Assembly: GCA_963833095.1 (NCBI GenBank)
Contig: CAWHWQ010000001.1
Coordinates: 352,001-416,000, forward strand
Direction of reading: 5' to 3'
DNA length: 64,000 bases
Source of the DNA: Vulcanimicrobiota bacterium
GTDB taxonomy: Bacteria; Vulcanimicrobiota; Vulcanimicrobiia; Vulcanimicrobiales; Vulcanimicrobiaceae
This document shows, piece by piece, positions 32,349 to 42,011 of this stretch; position 1 is the stretch's first letter; every line of letters begins with the position of its first letter. The translations under genes were made by a program, and so were the position numbers. Below the pieces are notes generated by a model. The model did not search any database. It was not told the DNA's origin and worked only from the letters and a program-made list of their open reading frames with translations.

Positions 32349-33362
32349 TTAGTCGCCGATGCCGGTCGGGGCGACCTTGCCGGCAAGAACGTCGCGAACT
32401 GCAACTGCAGGATAGCCGACACTCTGGTTGAGGCTGTCATCCCACGCAAGCGCGATCATGTCGCGCAGCATCGCTGCACCGCGAGCCAGTTGCAAATCGG
32501 TGAACGAGACCGCCCGCGGCGAGCCTGCTTCAAAGTCGCCGGAGGCATACAGCGCATAGAGCGGTTCTACGGCCTTTGCCGTTCCGGTCAGGTAGGTACC
32601 GACCATTAGCCCGATCTCGTCCTGGGTCATCAAATGCGTGGCCGGCATCGCCCTAAACGCGGGGATCAGCGCGCGCACGGCGTCGATCTTGGCATAATGA
32701 TTGACGAACTGCGTCTCGAAAAACGAATGAATATGATTGGCCGTATAGTTGTGAGGGTTCGGGTAATTGCCCCAACCGTTGTAGTGGATCGTAATATGCA
32801 ACGGCTGGCTCCCGTCGCCGACGAAGTGGCTCCAATCACCGATATCGCGCAGCGTTAACGTCTCGCGCAGCGACCGCTGCCACGCGAACTGCGCGCGCGC
32901 ATCCGCCGTCGTCGCATGCGTTGCCAAGTAATCAAAGACTCGCCAATACGCAAGGTCCATACGAACGCGTTCGAACCCGTCCATGATCGTGTACGGCACA
33001 AAGCCCATCTTGTAGGGCGTCGTGCCGGCCCTGGCCAGTGCGTCGGCGTAGGCCGCCATGCTCTTGGGCAGCGCATCCAGGCGAACGACACCGGCAATCG
33101 TTCCGTCGTCGCCTACGTCAACGTAGTGTCCCTCGTCCCAGTCCCCGTCGTACGAGACACCCGCGCCGCGCAGCCGGTCTTCTTCGGGCCCCAGGTATGA
33201 GATTTCGTCGACCGCCGCGGTCGTGCGCAAAAATGCGGGGACCGAAGCGGGCAGTGTCTGCGCAGCTAGCCGGCTGATCATCGCGTGCCCGGCTTCGCCC
33301 CAGGCGAACGCGTTTGCGGGGAGGAGCGCGACGAGCGCGACAGCCAGAAGAAATCGCTTCAA
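32349..33362 (-). CDS. S1/P1 nuclease family protein
   Basis: Signal peptide then WGEAGH; HYVD, HFVGDGSQPLH, IHSFFE. Confidence 0.88.
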   Translation of the reverse strand: MKRFLLAVALVALLPANAFAWGEAGHAMISRLAAQTLPASVPAFLRTTAAVDEISYLGPEEDRLRGAGVSYDGDWDEGHYVDVGDDGTIAGVVRLDALPKSMAAYADALARAGTTPYKMGFVPYTIMDGFERVRMDLAYWRVFDYLATHATTADARAQFAWQRSLRETLTLRDIGDWSHFVGDGSQPLHITIHYNGWGNYPNPHNYTANHIHSFFETQFVNHYAKIDAVRALIPAFRAMPATHLMTQDEIGLMVGTYLTGTAKAVEPLYALYASGDFEAGSPRAVSFTDLQLARGAAMLRDMIALAWDDSLNQSVGYPAVAVRDVLAGKVAPTGIGD

Positions 33363-35257
33363 GCAAAAAACTCCGTCAATTCATCGAGATGGGTGATGCG
33401 CTTCGCCGGCGGCAGCGCGCGCAGAATCGTTGCACCGTATCGGGTCGAGGCAGCACGCCCATCAAGCAACGCAACGACGCCGGTGTCGGTGGTACTGCGA
33501 ATCAAGCGCCCGAAGCCCTGCTTGAGCCGCACGATAGCGGCAGGGATCATGTACTCCTCGAATCCATCCATTCCACGCGCCTCTAGATCACGAACGCGCG
33601 CCGCAACGAGCGGATCGGCGGGTGAGGGAAACGGCAGACGATCGATGATGACGCACGAGAGCGCATCGCCCACGACGTCGATGCCCTCCCAGAAAGTTCC
33701 GGTCGCAAAGAGCACGGCGTTCGGCGTGCTGCGAAACCATTGCAAAAGATGCGAGCGCGGCAGCTCGCCTTGCAGTTTCACGGGGAACGGCAAACGCTCG
33801 CGCAGCAACCCATACACCTCGCGCAGCCGCGCGTAGGACGTGAAGAGCACGAACGCGCGGCCACGGCAACGATCCAGGCACTCTTCGACGATCGGCGCCG
33901 CTTTTCGCGCAAAATCGTTGGCCTTGGGATTGAGGTCGGCCGGCGCAAGATAGAGTCGCGCTTGCCGCGCGTAGTCGAACGGCGACGGCGCGATCAGTTC
34001 TTGGGCGTCGCTCACGCCCAGCGACCGTTTGAGGAAATCGAAGCTGCCGTCGATCGAGATGGTCGCGCTGGTCAACACGACGCTCGAGGTGCGGGCAAAG
34101 AGCGCGGCGCGTAAGAACTCGGCCACATCGAAGGGGGCGCTGTTCACTTCGTAGCGACCGTCGCGTTCGCCGCGCTCAACCCAGGCGATCGCCTCGTCGG
34201 CCGGGAGCGCAGCGCGATCGATCGCGCCCTGATGCGCCAAAATCGCGCGCATCGCCAGATCCCGGCGGCGTTCGGCTTCCGCGTCGTTCTCGACCCGCTT
34301 TTTCAAGGCCGAGTGCCAGTTGGCATAAAGCCAGTTCTCGAGTTTGTAGAGCGTCCCGCGCACGCTTTCGAGCGCCGGCCAGGCATGCTCGTTGGCACCG
34401 AGCGGATAGCGATCGCCCGGAACGCTCGCCAGCGCCGACTCGAGCGAACGCATTCCCTCGTCGAACTCACCGTCGAATGACGCGGGCAAGGTGTAGGTGC
34501 GGTGCAGCTTACGCATCATGCGGCCGAGCGTACCGCGCGATATCGTCGCGGTCAGCGCATCGGTGGCCCAGCGTTCGCATTGATGGGCTTCGTCGAGGAT
34601 GGCGACGTCGTAGGGCGGCAACAGGCCACCCCCGACCGCCAGATCCAGAAAGAACAACGCGTGATTGACCACGATGATGTCGGCGTATTTGGCTTCATCG
34701 CGCTTTTTGAAAAACCAGCAATCTCGGAAATGCTCGCAAAACTCACCGGTGCAATCATCCGCATCAGCATCAAGTGTCTCCCACTCATCGCCCGGCGGCA
34801 GAAAGGGCAGCTCGGCGCGATCGCCGGTTTGCGTGCGCGCCGCCCACGTCCAGATCTCTTCCATCGTGCGCGACGAGGCGATGAGGCGCTCCGCGCGCAT
34901 GCGCTCGTACTTCTGCTTGCACAGGTAGTGATTGCGCCCTTTGAGGAGCGTCACGCGGACCGGAATGCCAAGCGCGCGCTGGACCAGCGGAATATCTTTG
35001 CGCACGAGTTGCTCTTGCAACGCGATCGTGCCGGTGGAAAGCACGATTTTCTTGCCGCTGCGCACTGCCGGCACGAGATAGGCAAGCGATTTGCCCACGC
35101 CCGTGCCCGCCTCGACGATCGTGTGCATCCCTTCGAGGATGCCGCGCTCGATCGATTGCGCCATTTGCACTTGGCCCGGACGCGCTTCGAAACCCGGCAG
35201 CGCACGCGCAAGCGGTCCGCCCGGCGCGAAGAGCTCCTCGGTGGTCAGGCTATTCAT
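33359..35257 (-). CDS. ATP-dependent DNA helicase, DinG/YoaA family
   Basis: EAGTGVGKS, KGRNHYLC, Fe-S cysteines, DEAH, FWEGID, QGFGRLIR. Confidence 0.93.
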   Translation of the reverse strand: MNSLTTEELFAPGGPLARALPGFEARPGQVQMAQSIERGILEGMHTIVEAGTGVGKSLAYLVPAVRSGKKIVLSTGTIALQEQLVRKDIPLVQRALGIPVRVTLLKGRNHYLCKQKYERMRAERLIASSRTMEEIWTWAARTQTGDRAELPFLPPGDEWETLDADADDCTGEFCEHFRDCWFFKKRDEAKYADIIVVNHALFFLDLAVGGGLLPPYDVAILDEAHQCERWATDALTATISRGTLGRMMRKLHRTYTLPASFDGEFDEGMRSLESALASVPGDRYPLGANEHAWPALESVRGTLYKLENWLYANWHSALKKRVENDAEAERRRDLAMRAILAHQGAIDRAALPADEAIAWVERGERDGRYEVNSAPFDVAEFLRAALFARTSSVVLTSATISIDGSFDFLKRSLGVSDAQELIAPSPFDYARQARLYLAPADLNPKANDFARKAAPIVEECLDRCRGRAFVLFTSYARLREVYGLLRERLPFPVKLQGELPRSHLLQWFRSTPNAVLFATGTFWEGIDVVGDALSCVIIDRLPFPSPADPLVAARVRDLEARGMDGFEEYMIPAAIVRLKQGFGRLIRSTTDTGVVALLDGRAASTRYGATILRALPPAKRITHLDELTEFFA

Positions 35258-35928
35258 TGATGCGATTGATGCGGAGGTTCAGGCGTTTGGTACTCGGTTT
35301 CGTACTGGTGACCGGTAGCTGCATCGACCACGACCGGTGCGACGCGACGCGGCGGCGTGTAAATCGCAAGCGTCAGCAAGAATCCCGCTATGAGACCGCT
35401 TACATGCGCTTGCCACGAGATCGAAGGCACGGTGAAGGTGATAAAAAGGTTGAGGATCAGGATTCCGACGTTCGCCCGCACGAGCTGCATGCCGGGGCGC
35501 CCAAGTTTGAGTCCGATCGCAAAGAGGGCTCCGAAGAGTCCGAAAATCGCGCCGCTTGCACCGAGCGTCGGGACCATTGCGTTTGCCGGCGCGCTCAAGT
35601 ACACGACGCCGATTCCCGAGACGATCAGCGAAGCAAAATAGATTATTGCCATGCGCGGCGAGCCGACCGCCATTTCGATGAAGCGCCCCAGCGACCAGAG
35701 GGAAATCATGTTCACACCGATGTGCAGCAATCCGCCGTGCAGAAATGCCGACGTGAGGATGCGCCACCATTGACCGTCAACCAGCACCGACGCCGGCCAG
35801 AGCGCACCCGCGTTGAGCACCGTGAGCTCGTTGCCGCCGCCCATCATCGAAAGCATGCCCGGCCCGGCAACGACGACTTCCCAGACGAATACGAGGACGT
35901 TGGCCAACACAAGTGCGCGAGTGATCAT
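35254..35928 (-). CDS. Rhomboid intramembrane serine protease
   Basis: WWR, FLHGGLLHIGVN, GASG, AHVSG. Confidence 0.93.
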   Translation of the reverse strand: MITRALVLANVLVFVWEVVVAGPGMLSMMGGGNELTVLNAGALWPASVLVDGQWWRILTSAFLHGGLLHIGVNMISLWSLGRFIEMAVGSPRMAIIYFASLIVSGIGVVYLSAPANAMVPTLGASGAIFGLFGALFAIGLKLGRPGMQLVRANVGILILNLFITFTVPSISWQAHVSGLIAGFLLTLAIYTPPRRVAPVVVDAATGHQYETEYQTPEPPHQSHQ

Positions 35929-36593
35929 GCCGCGAGGACCGTCACGAGGCCGGCGAGTTCGAGCGAGATCGCGTGGCGCTTCCCGTCGATTGCGATGGTG
36001 AGCGGTCCGCCCAGCGGCGCCTTTTGCTCCAGCGTGATCTCAACACCCGGACGCAGCCCGATTTCGGCGAGGTAGCGCAGAATCTCGGGAAATTCTTCGG
36101 TGACGCTTTCGACGCGGCCACGCGTACCTTCAGGAACTTGCGCGAGCGGTTCGCCGATGCGCACGGGGTTGGTCAAATCGGCGGGCGGAATCGGTTGGCC
36201 GTGCGGACAGGTCGTCGGGTCTTTGAGCAACGTCAACAGACGCGCTTCCACATTGGATGAGATGGCATGTTCGAGCATACACGCTTCGTCGTGCACTTGA
36301 TCCCATGGCATGCCCAGCACGTCGGTCAGAAGGCGTTCGGCTAAGCGATGGCGCCGCAACACGCGCACACCGACCGCCAGGCCTTTTTCGGTGAGTTTGA
36401 CCTCGCCGCGCGAGACCTGCTCCAAGTAACCATCCTTTGCAAGCTTCTTGAGCATGCCTGAAACCGATGCGGGCGCAACGCCGAGCGACGATGCAAGCCC
36501 CGAGGTCGTAACCCCGGGCCCCTCGCGCTCCAAACGATAGACCGCCTCGAGATACTCCTCGACGGATTCGGCAAAGTGGCTATGACCGGACAT
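35925..36593 (-). CDS. DtxR/MntR-family metal-dependent regulator with FeoA-like domain
   Basis: EEYLEAVY, PASVSGM, RRHRLAE, EACMLEH, CPHGQPIP. Confidence 0.93.
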   Translation of the reverse strand: MSGHSHFAESVEEYLEAVYRLEREGPGVTTSGLASSLGVAPASVSGMLKKLAKDGYLEQVSRGEVKLTEKGLAVGVRVLRRHRLAERLLTDVLGMPWDQVHDEACMLEHAISSNVEARLLTLLKDPTTCPHGQPIPPADLTNPVRIGEPLAQVPEGTRGRVESVTEEFPEILRYLAEIGLRPGVEITLEQKAPLGGPLTIAIDGKRHAISLELAGLVTVLAA

Positions 36594-37612
36594 GGCTCAT
36601 CAGAACTTCGCGATGTAGCGCCGACTTCGCTGCTGGGGGCAGAAACGACGCATCGGCGGCGTTCGCGATGAAGCGCTGCAGCGTCTCGAGACCCGCGAGG
36701 CTGCGCAACCAGCGCATATTCTTCTGAAATCGAGGTGCCGAAGATTGCCGGATCGTCGGCGTCGATCGTCACGCGCACGCCGCTCGCGTCGAGCTGATGC
36801 AACGGATGCTCGACATCGGCGGGAACGACGCCGGTGCGGGCATTCGAGGTGGGCGAGATTTCGAGCGCAACGTCGCGTTCGCGTAGCAACGCAATCACGT
36901 TCGGGTCTTCGAGCGCGCGAACGCCGTGACCGATGCGCTCGGCCCCGATCGCGAGTGCCCCGTGGACGCTCGATGCTCCGGCGGCCTCGCCGGCGTGGGC
37001 GACGGTGTGTAAACCCTGCGCGCGTGCAAAGGCAAAAACGCCGGCGAAAAGCTCCGGCGGAAAGTTGGCTTCGTCGCCGCCGAGTCCGATGCCGATGACG
37101 CCATCGCCCGCGAGCGACGCGGCAAGCTGCGCCGTGCGCATCGCCGACTCTGCGCCAAAGTTGCGCGTCACATCGACGATGAGCGAGAGTTCGACGCCAT
37201 GGATGCGCGCCGCACGCAGTTCGGCAACCATCGAACGAATCGTGGCCGCAAGATCGAGATCGCGATGGAAAAACGACCAGACCGACGGTGAGATGAAGAG
37301 CTCGCCGTACACCACATTTTGCGCAAGCGCATCGGCGACGAACTCACGCGCCAGTCGCGCGTAATCGTCGGGCGAGGCAAGCGCCCGGCTTACGGCGGCA
37401 AAAATCAACAAGAACTCGGGAAAACCGGTGAACTGGTAAACCTCTGCCGGATCGGTGGGCCCCGGAACCTCGGCTTGGCCAGGCCGATACCGAGTCGAAA
37501 GCCCGTAGCGCCGGGTCAGCTCGACAAAAGTCTGCGCCCGAAGGCTACCTTCGAGGTGGCAGTGGAGGTGAATCTTTGGTAGACTCGCGATGGCCGGATC
37601 CGTCGACTGCAT
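36580..37612 (-). CDS. add: Adenosine deaminase, with a +1 frameshift near 36700
   Basis: LPKIHLHCHLEGS, HAGE, RIGHG, ISPTSN, DADDP; the family-like C-terminus (NAADASFL..KSAL) continues in another frame to TAG at 36580. Confidence 0.88.
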
Positions 37613-37669
37613 TGTTTCGATGGTTTCGGAAGGAAAGGCATTCGACCCGCCGTATCCAAGCATGCCCAT

Positions 37670-37745
<76 letters not shown>

Positions 37746-37749
37746 TGTG

Positions 37750-37790
37750 CAGGTCCAACAACGGAAACGTTGTTGGACCTGTTTTTATTT
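37750..37790 (+). terminator. Intrinsic terminator after tRNA-fMet
   Basis: CAGGTCCAACAACG-GAAA-CGTTGTTGGACCTG followed by TTTTTATTT. Confidence 0.88.
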
Positions 37791-37905
37791 CCGGTGCGAG
37801 TTGTTGGACCAGTCGGCTCTAGTTGTTGGGCCACGCACCACCCCTTTGTTAGACCGCGATGCGGTCTAAGCATGATCGCAGTCCGCGAGGCGAATATCTA
37901 CGGAT

Positions 37906-38220
37906 TCAGCGGCTTCCCAAGACCCGGGCTACGGGCCGACAATTAGCCCCGAAATTGTTTGGGTATGCGCGAAGCTCAGGGAAGGCTAGCGTCATGGAAT
38001 CATTTAAGAGTATCCGTTGCTTAGCTCGGCTTGAGACTACGCCGTGACGATAGAGCACGCCAAAAAGCAGTTGTGCAATCGAGAGGCTTCGCGGCACGTC
38101 CCGCGGAGCCGTCGAGTCTATGTACTCATCGATAGCTGTGAGCGCCGCGCGAGTCGCCACCTCGACCTCGTCGACCCGATACTCGTCGCTATAAAGATAG
38201 GCTATTACGGTTTCGCTCAA
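37906..38220 (-). CDS. Hypothetical protein, possibly the frameshifted C-terminus of the RelA/SpoT-domain protein
   Basis: TTG start overlaps the upstream TGA; one added base would fuse the two frames. Confidence 0.5.
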   Translation of the reverse strand: MSETVIAYLYSDEYRVDEVEVATRAALTAIDEYIDSTAPRDVPRSLSIAQLLFGVLYRHGVVSSRAKQRILLNDSMTLAFPELRAYPNNFGANCRPVARVLGSR

Positions 38221-38912
38221 GCGGCTCGTCGCACTGGCTGTAGTTCCGCTGGCAACCGCCCTGCTGAAAACAGATCGTTCATGAAAGTAACGAGTTCATT
38301 CTTGGCCGTCACTTCTGGCCAGTTGGACGTTGTAACTATCCCCTCGAGTTCATCGAAGTGCTCGCCTATCGCGTCAAGCTGTTCCACCTGCGCCTTCATT
38401 TGCGCAGCGACACGTACACGCCGCCAACTCACAGTCGGATGCTTATAAACGAGGTCATGCGTAACGGTCTGCCAAGCGTATTCAAAGGCGGACTGAACCT
38501 GGATTTCAAAAGTTAAAGCGTCCAGTGTTTCACGACCTACCGAAGGCTTAAGCGAGCAATACACGCGTGTTCCATCAAACATAAACCGATCAGGTGCCTT
38601 CTTCTTGCTACCCCGAGCTTGGATGTGACGGACGTCGAACACGTCCCTAACGAAATCTAAAACGTGCTCCTCGCGATGAAACGTGGGTATCACGATGGTC
38701 GCAGCATAGACGTCATTCATCGCGCGCCGACTGGCAATGCGACCCGTATCGATTTTCTCAGAGACCGACTCAACCGTCTTGATGCGACCGTTGAAGAGAT
38801 ACAAATTTCCAGTGCAGAAGTGGTCCAAAGTCGACTTCACAATCGCCTCGAGAGCGCGAAATCGATCGAGATTTTCGTTATACCATTGCTGTACTTCGAC
38901 CGGAATGATCAC
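38217..38912 (-). CDS. RelA/SpoT-domain nucleotidyltransferase (small alarmone synthetase-like)
   Basis: GRIKTVESVSEKI, MNDVYAATIV, FEIQVQSAFEYAW..HDLVYK. Confidence 0.75.
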   Translation of the reverse strand: MIIPVEVQQWYNENLDRFRALEAIVKSTLDHFCTGNLYLFNGRIKTVESVSEKIDTGRIASRRAMNDVYAATIVIPTFHREEHVLDFVRDVFDVRHIQARGSKKKAPDRFMFDGTRVYCSLKPSVGRETLDALTFEIQVQSAFEYAWQTVTHDLVYKHPTVSWRRVRVAAQMKAQVEQLDAIGEHFDELEGIVTTSNWPEVTAKNELVTFMNDLFSAGRLPAELQPVRRAA

Positions 38913-39286
38913 CTGAGCAAGTCGTCTAAGCCGCCGGCGAGCAATTGGGTCAGAACAACTGCTCGCGTCTTCCGGGGTCCCGTGTCGTTTGAGGCGGATC
39001 TCGCAGCGTTGTAATACTCAGCCAACACCGGATTCGCCTCGCGGACCTCCCCGTCTTCAAGGACCGATACGAAGCGAGCGAGGCGACCAGCACTCGACGC
39101 AGGGTCCAAAACACCACCGCCCTCAAGTGCCGAATCCACCGCTCCAAAGAGTGAGTAATAGTCGGCCTGGTTTCGCAATCGCGTAGTCCTAAGATTTACG
39201 CCGCCCCCGGATCGTAATATGCGATCAAGCATCTCAAACGAGGCGCGAAATCGTCTTTCGATGGCCGTTTCTGCTTCCCACTCCGA
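38909..39286 (-). pseudogene. 5'-truncated gene; C-terminal part resembling DUF262-type proteins
   Basis: Frame open upstream of ATG 39232 (SEWEAETAIERRFR); RLRNQADYYSLF and AARSASND..PR..R motifs; stop overlaps the next GTG. Family recalled from memory only. Confidence 0.4.
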
Positions 39287-39318
39287 AGATTCGCACTGAG
39301 GCGTGGGTTACCACAGGA

Positions 39319-39594
39319 ATGGCTTTGAGCAACGCTGGCAACGACGGACGAGATTTTGAGCAGCAGTTGGCGCTTGCCCAAGCAATCTACGAGGATCGGA
39401 GTAAGGCGGTTCACGCAGGGTTCGAGCCAGAACACGTGTACCTCGCGCGGAAGATGGCGCTCGGCCCGATAGAGGCAATGATACGAAAGCAGCACGAACT
39501 CCCGACGCGCAGAAAAATCAAGGAGAGGCTAGAGCCATACGTGCCACCAGAGCCCCCAAAGTCGTCTCCCGAACAGACATCTCCCGTATCCTAG
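39319..39594 (+). CDS. HEPN-like (Apea-type) fragment
   Basis: IYEDRSKAVHAG fits Y-x2-RS-x2-VH-x-G (RxxxxH). Confidence 0.5.
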   Translation: MALSNAGNDGRDFEQQLALAQAIYEDRSKAVHAGFEPEHVYLARKMALGPIEAMIRKQHELPTRRKIKERLEPYVPPEPPKSSPEQTSPVS

Positions 39595-39737
39595 TTAGGC
39601 AACTGTTCGTGATCGACGCAGCGGCCCGACGAACGTTCACGCCTTGCTTTGAGAGGTGAGTCGTGGTGTGGTGGTCCCGTACGATCTACGAACTGGGCCC
39701 AGGCCGATTGTGTTGCGCGCGTCGAAGAAATTTGTAA

Positions 39738-40490
39738 ATGGATTCGCCAGACCCGCTAGCCGAAGCGAACTTAAAGATCAAATGGGCCGACAAACGCATC
39801 AAGAAGATTGACGTTCTCGCGCACAACTATATTCACAATGGGTGCTTCCGCGTCGACATTGAACACGACGCGGAAGCAGGAAAGAAGCACGCCAAGCTTC
39901 GGCTCGTCGGCGACATACCTGATGATCTGATCGACGAAACGCACGCGGCGCTTGGGTTTCTTCGTGGTTCCCTCGATTCGATCGCCTGGGCCGTAGCCAA
40001 TAGGTCCGGTCCGCCCAAACATCCGAAGACCGTCGCGTTTCCGGTTGGAGAGAGCCAGCAAGCTTTCGAAAGTGCCGGCACTCAGGGAAAAATAGAGCAA
40101 GTTGGGGCCGATTGGGCCGCGTTCGTTGCAACGCTGAAACCATACCGTGGAGGGAATGATCTCCTCTACGATCTCCACACCTTTAACAACGCGGACAAAC
40201 ACCAGACACTTACTCGAATCGGGCAAAACAGCGATCTCTCCAGCTTCAGGGCTCAGTGGCAAGGCGAAGTCAGCTTCAATGTCGCCATGTTCGGCTTTGC
40301 GCTGGACGACGGCGACATACTCGTTACCGTTAACGAGTCTGACCCCGACCCGATGTTGAAGTTGAAGATGGGTATAGCGTTCTGCGAGGTTGGTCCCGAC
40401 AAGATTCGCGGGAAGCTGGTCGTAGCAACGCTCAAGCAGTTTTCGAGTCTTTGCGCTGGTATCGTCAAAGCCGCGCGTTCGCTGTTCTAA
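39738..40490 (+). CDS. Conserved hypothetical protein, possibly HEPN-like fold
   Basis: LRGSLD, VAFP, LKPYRGGN..LYDL..NNADKH motifs. Confidence 0.6.
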   Translation: MDSPDPLAEANLKIKWADKRIKKIDVLAHNYIHNGCFRVDIEHDAEAGKKHAKLRLVGDIPDDLIDETHAALGFLRGSLDSIAWAVANRSGPPKHPKTVAFPVGESQQAFESAGTQGKIEQVGADWAAFVATLKPYRGGNDLLYDLHTFNNADKHQTLTRIGQNSDLSSFRAQWQGEVSFNVAMFGFALDDGDILVTVNESDPDPMLKLKMGIAFCEVGPDKIRGKLVVATLKQFSSLCAGIVKAARSLF

Positions 40491-40593
40491 TTGGTCTTCT
40501 TTTTACTCGCGCACGTCGAACGCGCCGACCGGATCGGCATCCGACGCTCGATAGCCAAGGCAGGTCCGCTAAGCCAAGTCCGGCTGACGGCGA

Positions 40594-41013
40594 TTACTCA
40601 AATCGTTTGCCGATGTTGCCGACGCCTTTTCCAGCATAGCGCCCGGCAATGGTGTCGGCGTCGGCCTTGTAAGGTATCTTTCCCGTAACACCGAGTTCCC
40701 GCAACGCCGCCCTGACGCGATTTACATCGGCAGAATCTTCGTAATCATACGTGTAGACACAAATCACGCGGCCGCTTTTTCCTGCACTAGCTGCGCTGGT
40801 TGACATTTTTGCGGTAGAGCCTAGCAGACCACGAATCGTAGCATCGCTAATCTTCTTCCAAACAACCTCTGCGTTGTTTTCCGAGACAAAAATTAGCCAC
40901 TTGCCACCGCGCTCCGCGTGGTCAGGATACGACCCGGCCTTCTTCGAACGGAAGGCCCAAAGCCACCACGGGTCCTCGAAGCGCTCGATGGATTCAGTCT
41001 TGCGCTTACTCAT
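40594..41013 (-). CDS. Bles03/DUF1917-family protein
   Basis: GKWLIFV, AKMST, VICVYTYDYED..DV.RV..LRELG, YKAD..T..G.Y. Confidence 0.78.
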   Translation of the reverse strand: MSKRKTESIERFEDPWWLWAFRSKKAGSYPDHAERGGKWLIFVSENNAEVVWKKISDATIRGLLGSTAKMSTSAASAGKSGRVICVYTYDYEDSADVNRVRAALRELGVTGKIPYKADADTIAGRYAGKGVGNIGKRFE

Positions 41014-41016
41014 CCA

Positions 41017-41385
41017 TTACCGGACTAGCTCTGCTGCATAGTGTCCGCCCTTATAATGCAGCGCGTAGTGCTGTGATCCGTCCGTGGAGGTTAGAACGCA
41101 CAATTCCACCTCGTCGGCCGTTCCTGGAGGCAGATTGCCGATCATCTTGCCGTCTGACCCCATGTTGTACGCGAAGTTTGCAACGTAAACGTGGCCGTCA
41201 TCGAGTTCAACGTCCTTGCCGATTCCGTTCATACCGAGAGGGAGCATCTTGGCTCTCATCGCTTCGTACTTAGGACTCTGGTCGTCCGTAACTTGGACGA
41301 CGTGTCTCGTTGAACACGGGTTTGACGAACAGGCAGCAACAAGCGAGACGGAGAGCAGCGCTACGGCAAAACGAGGCTTAGCCAC
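41017..41385 (-). CDS. Putative lipoprotein
   Basis: Signal peptide with lipobox LVAAC. Confidence 0.65.
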   Translation of the reverse strand: MAKPRFAVALLSVSLVAACSSNPCSTRHVVQVTDDQSPKYEAMRAKMLPLGMNGIGKDVELDDGHVYVANFAYNMGSDGKMIGNLPPGTADEVELCVLTSTDGSQHYALHYKGGHYAAELVR

Positions 41386-41843
41386 AGGGTAGAGGTTTCA
41401 CGGCTGGGCGGTCTTTTACCTGATCCGAGAGTCCAGAACTCTCGAAGGTGCGCCAGACAGACGACCTCGGGATCGCGCCCGCTGTCACACAAGGCGTGGC
41501 GTACACGAGTCAGGAGTTCCAAGAGGTGCGGCGCGCTTTGCTGGCGTGCAATGATGCTGACCGCGCATTCCTTCGGCGCTGGCTACTGGCCTGGGTGGAT
41601 GATCGCGGGCGAATCCGCCGCGACGCGGGCCTCTGCCTGATCGCGGTGAGCCTGAACGACGGGGATGAGCTCTTCGCCGTCCCTGGATAGATCGCGACGG
41701 TGTCTACCGATTTCGGTAGTCCGTTGTACCCAGAATTGCGACGACAAGGCCCGGCTACATCGGTGTTTCGGGCACCTAAAGTCGAGAGCGCCAGTAGTAT
41801 GCGGTACGATATACTCGGTAGCGCGCTGAGGAGGCGCTTTGAC

Positions 41844-41981
41844 ATGACACGACTTCTTTACCGATGCGAACGCTGTCGTTTCGAGTTCGCGAGCACCGGC
41901 AAGGTTCGGCCCACGCCAACCAAACTACCCTGCCCAGTACCCGGCTGCACCGGCACTGGCGTGCTCTCCAATCCTGCTTGA
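41844..41981 (+). CDS. Small zinc-ribbon protein (45 aa)
   Basis: GAGGAGG ribosome-binding site; YRCERC..CPVPGC. Confidence 0.55.
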   Translation: MTRLLYRCERCRFEFASTGKVRPTPTKLPCPVPGCTGTGVLSNPA

Positions 41982-42011
41982 CCATCGGGACGACCGTGCT
42001 GCGCGTATCGA

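Noticed and set aside
36341..36580. Adenosine deaminase with a long novel C-terminal extension
   Set aside because: Product of the frameshift; overlaps the DtxR-family gene out of frame.
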